Of a stretch of 64,000 bases of DNA, positions 55,090 through 63,428 are shown piece by piece. A program made the position numbers and the translations under genes. The notes under the pieces are model-generated. The model was not told the DNA's origin. It did no database searches and saw only the letters and a list, made by a program, of their open reading frames with translations. The first letter of the stretch is position 1. Every line of letters starts with the position of its first letter. Source of the stretch: Candidatus Cloacimonadota bacterium (lineage in GTDB: Bacteria; Cloacimonadota; Cloacimonadia; Cloacimonadales; Cloacimonadaceae); the NCBI GenBank assembly GCA_020532085.1, contig JAJBAV010000013.1:5565-69564 (forward strand), given 5' to 3'.

Positions 55090-56046
55090 TCAGTCCTTTG
55101 GAGGATTCTCCTCCATCCACTTTGAGGCCTTTGCCTGGATCTCCTCTCGCTTTTCTTTACCAAGTGTTTCGCTGATTCTATCTCTATTGTTTAATCCATC
55201 TTCGTTGCCCCCAGCAGCGGCCAAAAGATACCAATAATACGCCTCAGTATTACTTTTTTCCACGCCCTGCCCGTTTTCATAGCAGATTCCAAGGTTGTTT
55301 TGAGCGTAAGAATATCCCTGTTCCGCAGCAAGGCGATAATACTTTATTGCCTCACCTTGGTTCTGTACCAAGCCTTTGCCTTCTTCATATAGAATTGCTA
55401 TTGCATTCTGAGCATAGGCATCACCTTGATCTGCTGCCTTTTGATACCACTTGGCTGCTTCTTTGATGTCTTTTTCTACTCCTTCGCCGTTTTCATAACA
55501 CCAGCCTAAATTAACCTGGGAACTTGCAAAATTTTGGCTGGCAGCTTTTCTGAACCAAATCAGCGCTTCTCCCATATCTTTCTTTACTCCAAGGGCATCA
55601 CGATAACTGACACCCAGATTGTGCTGTGCAACAGCATTACCTCTTTCTGCAGCTTGGCGCGTCAATTCCAAGGCTTTTGAGTAGTCTTTTTTTACTCCAC
55701 GGCCTTCATAATACATATAGCCTAAATTTCTCAGTGCATCAGCGTTTCCTTGTTCAACTGCTAAACTTAACCACTTGAAGGCTTCACTATCGTTCTGAGG
55801 AGTACCATCCCCGAAATAATAGAGTTTTCCAAGCTGATACTGACCTGCCGCGTGACCAGATTCAGCCGCTTTTGTGAACAATTTCAGAGCTCGCGCATAA
55901 TCCTTCTTCTCGAGACTATCGTCAATACACTTCATGCCTTGCTGATAGTATTCCTCGCCTTTGGCCTTCTTGTTTTCCATCAAATCACATCCGATGAAAG
56001 AAAGAGCAACGCACAGCAAAACAAGAATCAAACTTAACTTTTTCAT
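55090..56046 (-). CDS. Sel1-repeat lipoprotein
   Basis: GGGAGG RBS, lipobox SFIGC, and seven tandem Sel1 repeats (A..W..KAA.QG.A.AQ..LG..Y..G.GV.KD...A). Confidence 0.8.
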   Translation of the reverse strand: MKKLSLILVLLCVALSFIGCDLMENKKAKGEEYYQQGMKCIDDSLEKKDYARALKLFTKAAESGHAAGQYQLGKLYYFGDGTPQNDSEAFKWLSLAVEQGNADALRNLGYMYYEGRGVKKDYSKALELTRQAAERGNAVAQHNLGVSYRDALGVKKDMGEALIWFRKAASQNFASSQVNLGWCYENGEGVEKDIKEAAKWYQKAADQGDAYAQNAIAILYEEGKGLVQNQGEAIKYYRLAAEQGYSYAQNNLGICYENGQGVEKSNTEAYYWYLLAAAGGNEDGLNNRDRISETLGKEKREEIQAKASKWMEENPPKD

Positions 56047-56437
56047 GTTTCCTCCCATAAACTCATCGTAAATATATGTATCTTCAACTCAGTTTATTTG
56101 TCAAGCGGATTCTGCCAACGCGGATTTGTAAGGTTTAAAGCTATGTGACAACGAAATCTGCAAATTGTGCAGCGAAAACTGCAAAACGGTCGCATCGTAG
56201 GACATCCTTACTCATCCTTACCTGGACGCTTTTAGGTGGTTTCTGACAGGATTTCTGAATATCGAACGATGCATAGCATTGGTTTGATGATAGTAATCCC
56301 ATTCTAGTTGATGCTGCGCTCAATACCCGGATAAATCGTGCTCGACACACTCACGTCTCTCTGATTCTATAAATTGAACACTTACGCGAGCAGCGTGTCT
56401 GAGTTTAAATCCAAAATCGGATTTAGCCTCTTGTACG

Positions 56438-57262
56438 CTAGTCATGTGATTCATTTAATATTTTTTTGCCTGCGATGAAAGAATCGTGAAATGTGTTACT
56501 AGCTTGCTTACTAATTGTATCATAAGAGATCGTATAGAAAAGGCAATTGGTTTTTCTTCGTTTTATGTACTTGAGAAACATACTTGCTGCCTTAGTTTTA
56601 AACCAAGATCTAGACTCAGATGGATATAGCTTGGAATTTGTCCACTGAAAAGCACCTACTAGATCTGCCATTTGTACTCCAATAGAGTACTCATCTTTGC
56701 AGAAAACAGGCTCTAAGATGTTTCCAAAATTCTTAATACAGTCTATTGTCCCATATCCAGTTACAACAGCACCCATCAAATTGTTATGCGATCCTGAATA
56801 CATCTGATACATATTTGAGTACGATTTATTGAGCCCCAAATCAATAATCGGAATAATGAAGTTTTTTTCTGCATAGGAGTTTAAGTAACATAGGTGATTA
56901 AACCACACATCGCCCAGATAACCCTCTTTCCCCTTTGGTATTACATTTGAAAAACTATGAGTTGAATGTACTCCGTGTATGAAAACAATTTCTGCATATG
57001 AATAAATTTTCTTGAGGAGGTAATCCCATACCTTGAATTTCTCATGGTCGTTCAACTCAGGGCAGAAATCACTTGAGTGATAACCTGGTAAATAGCGCAT
57101 TGGCCGTTGCCCCGTTCTTTCTTCATGCTTTTTTGCATAATTAGATAGAACCTCATTTCTAAGTCTAATGTATTGGGATGGTGTGATCAGAAATCCAGAT
57201 ATCTGAGAGTAACTTTTATCAGCGTTGAACGCTTCATCCGTGAACACCAGCAGTGATTTCAA
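56438..57262 (-). CDS. DUF3800-like protein
   Basis: 274 aa, TTG start. N-terminal LLVFTDEAF (DUF3800 proteins typically start with an I-D-E-S/A acidic motif) and C-terminal IGVQMADLVGAF (the conserved Q.aDl motif). Assignment by eye only. Confidence 0.5.
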   Translation of the reverse strand: MKSLLVFTDEAFNADKSYSQISGFLITPSQYIRLRNEVLSNYAKKHEERTGQRPMRYLPGYHSSDFCPELNDHEKFKVWDYLLKKIYSYAEIVFIHGVHSTHSFSNVIPKGKEGYLGDVWFNHLCYLNSYAEKNFIIPIIDLGLNKSYSNMYQMYSGSHNNLMGAVVTGYGTIDCIKNFGNILEPVFCKDEYSIGVQMADLVGAFQWTNSKLYPSESRSWFKTKAASMFLKYIKRRKTNCLFYTISYDTISKQASNTFHDSFIAGKKILNESHD

Positions 57263-57332
57263 GGATTATTTCCTGACCAATCATAATGTATCTGCATTGC
57301 TAATGACCTAAATCACAACAATCTTGATGATA

Positions 57333-59606
57333 TCATTTCTTAACAGTGGATGAGTCATATGATTGGTGATCTCTCAGGTAGATATCTATCATTTCCTGGT
57401 TACTTATGTATAAACTATGATCGTTGTCTTTGATTGACATCAGTCTGTTGTTAATTAGTTTAACGTCGTAATGCTTGCTGAGATCTTCTATACTGAATCT
57501 AAATTCTTGTTCTTCACCATTAATAAACCTTCTGCTTTTCATACGGGATACAAGCATAATCAGCTTGTCCTTATCTTTGTAGATATCCTCAATAAATGCC
57601 TTCCAGCTTCTTGAATCGTCCCAATCAACCCAGCAATTATAGATAAAGGGAAAATCTCTCAAACCGAAAAGTATGGAAGCATGTCTTGTAATCAATGAGA
57701 TTGCTTCCTTTTTAACTTCTTGTATTTCATCAGGTGTGACGAGAGGAACTACATATGGATCCTTTTTTCTATCATCGAGAAGTGAGTTAGTTAAATGTAC
57801 CGGACCGTATACACCAGTAGTTTCTTTTATCGCATTGATTATGGCCTTTAACCTATTCGGTTGCTCGATTTTCTCTAATACAAGATCAACCAGAAATCCT
57901 AAATACCATTTAGCATCGAAATCCAATGAGTCTTCCTGTATGTCAGGCGTAGTATCTGATAGATTAAAAGCCGTTAATAGAATAATATTTAAAGATGACT
58001 GAGTGTAATCTATTGATTTCTTTATCTCGGACATGAGACGTTTGATCAGCTTGACCAGTAGGTTGTCCCCAAGATGTCTTGTAAAAACATCAGTTACTGT
58101 ATCCAAGCTTTTACTTTGCAAAATTTCATGTATATCCGCAAGCATTATTCTATCACCAACGCTGAAAATATCCCATGTGAAGTATTTATCAAAATGATTG
58201 GGATGGCATACTCTCTGCTTATGATCCATTTCGTCCAAATCAACATATGGTGATCGATCGAAGTCATTCCGATATTTGCCAAGTTCCGGGAACATTCTCC
58301 ATACGAGTTTTTGGATAATGTTAGCGTTTGTAGATGTGGATAATACGTCTTCAGCTTGTTTGTTGATATCCTTGTTTTCTTCATTTTTTGCGGTTTCATC
58401 GATAACAATTTGACCCGGAGGATTGCTACCTGTATAGAAGTATTTGTGATTCCTGATATAACGATGATAGCTTGGGGAAAAGTATTTAATAGCCTCAATG
58501 ACCGTAAAATCGTGTATGCTGACATTAAGAAATCCATTAACAACAAACTTGGGTATGTTTAATCCAATTAAGTTCAGCACTCCTTTAACATCACGAAGGT
58601 TGTGAAACAGATCAAAGAATCCATCACGAATCATAAATCCCCAATGCGTCATATCTTCGTGATATTGTTTTTGTATATTCGTGATATTGTGACCTTTAAC
58701 AATCTCGTCAAACTCATAATTAAACAACTCTTCCAACTGACCCTCTCTAATGAGAGGTATGTCAATCCATAACTGCACGATCTTTTTTAAATATTCATGT
58801 CCATCTACGCCGTAATCCGCAACTGAAAGACATTTCTGTACTATCTCACTGTCACAAGCCATAACAAAAACGCAGTTTGGTAACTCGGCACAAATTCTTA
58901 ACAAACGGAGTACACTTTTTATCTCAGCGACCTCAAGCCGATCTATATCGTCTAAAATAACAATGATTCGAGAATCAGGTTTATCCAGTGCTTTGGATAT
59001 CTTATCGTTTAATTTTGAAACCGGGCTCCCCACTCTGACAATAAATGCAATGAATTCAATAATCAGATATATTGAAGCAACGGCGCCAAGTCCTATGATG
59101 ATCCATCCTGCCCAAATCGGAGGATATGGAATGATTCTAAAAATGTTTAAGGAAACAAAGAACGCAAATATGCTGATGACAAATCCCACAATTTGGATCG
59201 TATTTAACAGCGGTTGTTGAGATAAAGTTTTTCCATAGACCAAAAAGTCCTGCGAAAGCCTATATGTGTTATGATGAGAACTAGTAAGGTTAGCTGCTAG
59301 CTGTTCAAAAAAAGCTGGAATCAGATCATCCGAGCTGTTTGTGTAAAACCAGGGGTTGAATTCAAAAACTAGCGTCCCACCTCTTCTATGTGATTTCTTA
59401 TCTCTTGCCTTTGTCTTGTCGTTCAGATAGGACTTCAATAAATTTATAAAAGAAGTTTTACCGCAGCCCCATGGGCCATTTAATAGAATGCTCATGCTAT
59501 GAGGGTGTTTCCAGGTTAGTATCAAATCAGCAAATTTTCTGGCTGTTTCTTTCCTACCCAAAGTATCTTGCCCAGGTCCTGTTATTGGGGTATCAAAGAT
59601 ATCCAT
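57333..59606 (-). CDS. KAP-family P-loop NTPase with intramolecular transmembrane insert
   Basis: 757 aa. Walker A LLNGPWGCGKTS, a hydrophobic insert (IVGFVISIFAFFVSLNIF..WAGWIIIGLGAVASIYLIIEFIAFIV) before Walker B IIVILDDIDRLE, and a long helical C-terminal region. Confidence 0.8.
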   Translation of the reverse strand: MDIFDTPITGPGQDTLGRKETARKFADLILTWKHPHSMSILLNGPWGCGKTSFINLLKSYLNDKTKARDKKSHRRGGTLVFEFNPWFYTNSSDDLIPAFFEQLAANLTSSHHNTYRLSQDFLVYGKTLSQQPLLNTIQIVGFVISIFAFFVSLNIFRIIPYPPIWAGWIIIGLGAVASIYLIIEFIAFIVRVGSPVSKLNDKISKALDKPDSRIIVILDDIDRLEVAEIKSVLRLLRICAELPNCVFVMACDSEIVQKCLSVADYGVDGHEYLKKIVQLWIDIPLIREGQLEELFNYEFDEIVKGHNITNIQKQYHEDMTHWGFMIRDGFFDLFHNLRDVKGVLNLIGLNIPKFVVNGFLNVSIHDFTVIEAIKYFSPSYHRYIRNHKYFYTGSNPPGQIVIDETAKNEENKDINKQAEDVLSTSTNANIIQKLVWRMFPELGKYRNDFDRSPYVDLDEMDHKQRVCHPNHFDKYFTWDIFSVGDRIMLADIHEILQSKSLDTVTDVFTRHLGDNLLVKLIKRLMSEIKKSIDYTQSSLNIILLTAFNLSDTTPDIQEDSLDFDAKWYLGFLVDLVLEKIEQPNRLKAIINAIKETTGVYGPVHLTNSLLDDRKKDPYVVPLVTPDEIQEVKKEAISLITRHASILFGLRDFPFIYNCWVDWDDSRSWKAFIEDIYKDKDKLIMLVSRMKSRRFINGEEQEFRFSIEDLSKHYDVKLINNRLMSIKDNDHSLYISNQEMIDIYLRDHQSYDSSTVKK

Positions 59607-59672
59607 ATTGTCCTCTAAGAGATAATCAACTTGATGAAATGATAGTAATCGTCTGAATAGACTTTTTCATTT

Positions 59673-60139
59673 TCATTGCCTGTTGTAGCGAGGTTGGAAT
59701 ATTCCGATCAGAAATGATTCCACCACGTAAAGCCTATCCTCATCTATTTCTTTATCGTGAGCTGAAATGACCAAAACATCGTAGGTTTCTTGTAAGGTTT
59801 TAACCCAATCTTTTCGAAATCTCATGGCTTGTTGGCTGTTTATAACTTTAATCCCTTTATTTTCTTAAAAAACTACCTTTGGAAACATGACTCCGATTTG
59901 AGAAGGAAGTGCTTTTGAATCCTTTGATATATAGAGCTTTCATTATTGTAAGTTAGGTGTGTACCACCAACTCCTATGTAATCTATCTTGCCGCTTAATC
60001 GATCTATGAAGAAATACCACCCTGATTTCCGCATAAGTTGTGGTATAAACAAGCGATACTTAATCTCATTGACTTCATTATCTAGATATTCCCTTATCTC
60101 TGTTATCTGATTCAGTTGTAACCAGTTTAGGTGATACAT
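59673..60139 (-). pseudogene. GIY-YIG-like nuclease gene split by a stop codon and frameshift
   Basis: The 88-aa ORF (59873-60139) carries GWYFF...KIDYIGVGG...RIQKH. A 50-aa ORF (59673-59825, different frame) carries VVESFLIGIFQPRYN. The motif order matches GIY-YIG cores. Confidence 0.4.
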
Positions 60140-60287
60140 CTCAGTTTCCTGCTGGTAAACAAGACAATGCAGAACATCCAGGATAGTATTGTTGAAATTA
60201 TCCGGGTTGATTCATAATCTGAGATATCAAAATATCCACGCAGCATACTATATCCATTATCCAACACATGAAAAAAACCTTAGTTTC

Positions 60288-60317
60288 ATAACAACGTTAT
60301 GACATCATATTTGTCAA
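60288..60317 (-). promoter_or_regulatory. Possible promoter for the GIY-YIG-like/KAP/DUF3800 gene string
   Basis: On the minus strand, TTGACA-N18-TGTTAT. The -10 region overlaps the small palindrome CATAACgttGTTATG. Confidence 0.25.
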
Positions 60318-60401
60318 GAAATATTTATTCTAAATGAAGAGATGCTTGATCTGAATACCTCAACAAAAGACCATAATCATGTTACTCTATTCATTCAATC
60401 A

Positions 60402-61256
60402 TCACTCCATCCACGCGAACAGCCGGCCGGTTTTGATCCGGGTTTTCAGCCAGGCGCAAAGCGGGGGATCCTCCTTGTGGGCGGCGCGGAAGAGGCGCCA
60501 GAGCTGGGTCATGAGGTTGTGATAGGCCTTGTCGCGTTCGGGGCGTGAGTTTTTGATCTCGCCGCCGGGTTTGCCGATGCGCTTGAGTTCTTTCTCCAGG
60601 AAATCCAGTTCCCAGGCGAGGTCCGGGTTGTTGTTTCCGGCGGCGATCTGGGCGCGAAGCTGGTTTCGGCGCTTCAGGTAGGCGGCCAGGGCGCGGGTGT
60701 CGGCCAGGGGGATGGGATCGAGGTCCAGGGCGTGAAGCTGGCCGGGCGTGGGGTATTCGCCGCGGCTGAGGCAGACCAGTTCCTGGGGACTGTAAACCTG
60801 GCCGGGGGTGGAACGCAGTACGGCCACGATTTTGGCGCCGCCGAGGTGGGCGTGGCGGCGGAGGAAGGCTTCCGGGGACTGACCACGAATTTCACTAATG
60901 TTTTGTCCACGAATTACACCAATTTCACGAATTGAGGCGTTTTGGTCCGAGGATGGAGCCGCTGTGTCATTCCGGGAAGCGTGCGCCAGCACGTTGGGAC
61001 CCGGAATCCAGGCCTTCGGGGTAATGCCCCCAGAGGGTGTCGCCACAGACGCAGTCTGTATCGACCCCGCCTTGTCTGTGATGTTGTTTTGATTTGACCG
61101 TCTGGATTCCGGGGCCCCTTCGGCACCCCACGAACTCGCTGCGCTCGTCCGCGAGGACCCCGCCTCCCCGGAATGACACAGTGGGTCTGGGTGGTGGGTG
61201 GATCTGGCTTTATCGACGGGGATCTTACCTCGTTCAAGAATGCCCTTGTACATCAT
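60402..61256 (-). CDS. Hypothetical protein with repeat-derived N-terminal half
   Basis: 284 aa, AAGGAG RBS. The N-terminal ~130 aa are encoded by a family-1 repeat plus an IRxIxVIRGQ module. The C-terminal ~150 aa are unique, basic and helical. Confidence 0.55.
   Translation of the reverse strand: MMYKGILERGKIPVDKARSTHHPDPLCHSGEAGSSRTSAASSWGAEGAPESRRSNQNNITDKAGSIQTASVATPSGGITPKAWIPGPNVLAHASRNDTAAPSSDQNASIREIGVIRGQNISEIRGQSPEAFLRRHAHLGGAKIVAVLRSTPGQVYSPQELVCLSRGEYPTPGQLHALDLDPIPLADTRALAAYLKRRNQLRAQIAAGNNNPDLAWELDFLEKELKRIGKPGGEIKNSRPERDKAYHNLMTQLWRLFRAAHKEDPPLCAWLKTRIKTGRLFAWME
60965..61178. repeat. MITE/REP family 1 full copy inside the 60402-61256 CDS
   Basis: TGTCATTCCGGGAAGCGTGCGCCAGCACG...GGAATCCAGGCC...GACGCAGTCTGTATCGAC...GTCTGGATTCCGGGGCC...CCCCGGAATGACA. 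Confidence 0.8.
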
Positions 61257-61472
61257 CTAACTCCTTGATATATTATTTGCTTGGATATGGTCAAAGATAT
61301 TGAAGGACGGATATTAGTCAAGAGATATTTGGCATAATATGGGAGAAAAAGAGAAAGGGAGAAAGAGTTTTTCCGGGGCGGTGAGAGAGCGGCCTAAAGT
61401 GATGGGGCGCAGAGAGTAACCCTGTATTCATGGAGGGGCATCCTTCCAAATCCAAATAAGGAGGACAAAGCC

Positions 61473-61925
61473 ATGAAGGTAAGATTCAAATACGGCATCG
61501 CCACCTACAGCGGCACCATCGACGAGATGGTGTATGGTTCCTACCGCGACGACAAGCTCTGCATCGGGCGTGAGTACGTCTATCCGCGGCTGACCGCCAA
61601 CAACGAGGCGCTGGGCAGCGTGGGCAGCAACCTGGCCATTCTGTGGGCCAACGCTTCGGCGGAGTACAAAGCCGACCTCAAAGAGTACGGCCTGCGCAAC
61701 GGCAGCCAGAACATCCCCAAAACGCAGCTTCCGCCCACCAACTACGCCCTGTGGATCAAGCTGATGTACGCCTGGAAAGAGGATACGCCCAGCGTTGACC
61801 TCGCCACGCTCACCGTCGAGGACTTCGAGCTGGCCGGCGCCAGCGTGAGCACCGTGAAAAACGCCATCGACAACGGCTACCTGGACAAGGTCGGCACCTA
61901 CGACGACCTCACCGAAGCCTACTAA
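61473..61925 (+). CDS. Hypothetical protein, paralog B of the 47066-47551 gene
   Basis: 150 aa, AAGGAGGA RBS. Shares MKV.FK, Y.G..D..VY, G.NL, DL..Y, N.Y....K.M, and DL..L...D.E......V...V..G.LD.V..Y with paralog A. Confidence 0.7.
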   Translation: MKVRFKYGIATYSGTIDEMVYGSYRDDKLCIGREYVYPRLTANNEALGSVGSNLAILWANASAEYKADLKEYGLRNGSQNIPKTQLPPTNYALWIKLMYAWKEDTPSVDLATLTVEDFELAGASVSTVKNAIDNGYLDKVGTYDDLTEAY

Positions 61926-62318
61926 CCGGAGGGATGAGGGGCTGGGAGACCGGCCCCTTCTTTAATTCGTCGCGGAAAAGCGCGGAAAAAGGGAAAAGTG
62001 GACAAAAAAAAAGAGATTAATAGGAACGCGGATGACAGGATCGACAGGATCAATGGGATTTATAAAACAGAGGGACAGAGGGACAGAGTTATGTACCATA
62101 AGCTTCAGCTTGTTGGGTGCCCGAGATTCATCTCGAGGCACAAGGATAAAAACAGAGGGACAGAGGGATAGAGAGGGATTTTAACACAGAGAATAGCAGA
62201 GATTAAACACAGAGAAAAGCAGAGCATAAGCGGAGGAAAGAACATTAACACTCCAATCCGTCGAATCCGTTTAATCAGTTGAATCCGTAGGTAAAAAAAC
62301 CAAACAAAGGAGGGACAA

Positions 62319-62507
62319 GTGAACGAGAACCTGCTGAAAGAACTCGCCCGGGAACTGGCCACCAAGGTGAACAACCTGGTGGATATCCCCATCATCAAGG
62401 AAGACGATGAACAGGCGTTCTTCGAACTGATCATCCTGCTCATGCTGGAACTGGTCTTCAATCGCCTGGGTTTCAAGAACGTTGTCGAAATCTCGCCGCG
62501 TGCGTGA
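62319..62507 (+). CDS. Small helical hypothetical protein
   Basis: 62 aa. GTG start 6 nt after AGGAGG. Non-repetitive, amphipathic sequence embedded between repeat modules. Confidence 0.4.
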   Translation: MNENLLKELARELATKVNNLVDIPIIKEDDEQAFFELIILLMLELVFNRLGFKNVVEISPRA

Positions 62508-62544
62508 AACGCAAACTGCGCAAGAGGCGCAAGACAGCTAACAA

Positions 62545-62912
62545 AGAACTGGATTCCGGGGCCCCTTCCCCGGAATGACAGATCGGGCCTGCACTTCCGT
62601 GTGGGCCTTTTTTTAACACAGAGACACAGAGATGGGGAGACACAGAGACAGAGAGAAGGAGAGAAATGGGGGAAATGTTTTTTAACACAGAGAAAAGCAG
62701 AGGAAACGTAAAGGGACAGAGAGATAATAGAACGCTGATGACGCGGATCAATATGATTCACGCGGATTATTTCTCTGTGGCTCTGTGGTAAAGTCCTTTT
62801 CTCTTTTTCTCTGTGTCTCCGTGCCTCTGTGTTAAAAGGTTTGGCTATTCCCGCATGGCCTGGATTCCTGGGCCCCAGGGGCTGAAGCCCCTTCCCCGGA
62901 ATGACAGCAAGG
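62545..62912. repeat. Family-1 end modules plus CACAGAG-type short repeats
   Basis: CTGGATTCCGGGGCCCCTTCCCCGGAATGACAG (about 62549-62581) and GGCTATTCCCGCATGGCCTGGATTCCTGGGCCCCAGGGGCTGAAGCCCCTTCCCCGGAATGACAGC (about 62843-62908). TTTTAACACAGAG units lie between them. Confidence 0.75.
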
Positions 62913-63428
62913 CTGGGCCTTCAGAACAAACAACGAAGCTATAAAGTGACACCCCAAATGTCATATAGCCATCACTGTGACAAAGAGGCATAAGCCTTTA
63001 TCTGGTGCAGAGATGCTTAGGACTGCTTTCGGAAAGATGTCACAGTGGTTTTGGACTTCTTTGGACTGGTTTGTGACAGCTTTGTGTCAAATATGGACTG
63101 ATTTCAGACTGGTTTCGGAAATGCCTGAATCTCAACAAAATAGACCAGTTCGGAATACTCGCAGTGTGTGTAGAACGGTTGGTGTCAGAGATTTATAAGA
63201 GGTCTGAAATCAGTCTATCATTATACTTAACTAGTCCCTAATCAAAAATGGATCAACCGGATGATTCCACTCTACAGAGGCATTCTAATCAACAATAATC
63301 TGGGCTTTTTTTAAATCATAGGCTATTAACATCTTGACAGATACTTGTTTCCTTTTAGTGTTGTTAGATACGTACATTTTAATTTGTATCTTACCAGACG
63401 GTTCGATAGAGCCAATAAGGAGGATTTA

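Noticed and set aside
56141-56350. 69-aa ORF between the DUF3800-like and Sel1 genes
   Set aside because: It has no RBS and an unremarkable composition. The region more likely holds the Sel1 gene promoter (a TTGACA box lies near 56095-56105 on the minus strand).
62105-62761. 218-aa minus-strand ORF
   Set aside because: It is composed of translated short repeat modules (SPSLCLCV repeated, and so on), has no RBS, and overlaps the better-supported small plus-strand gene.
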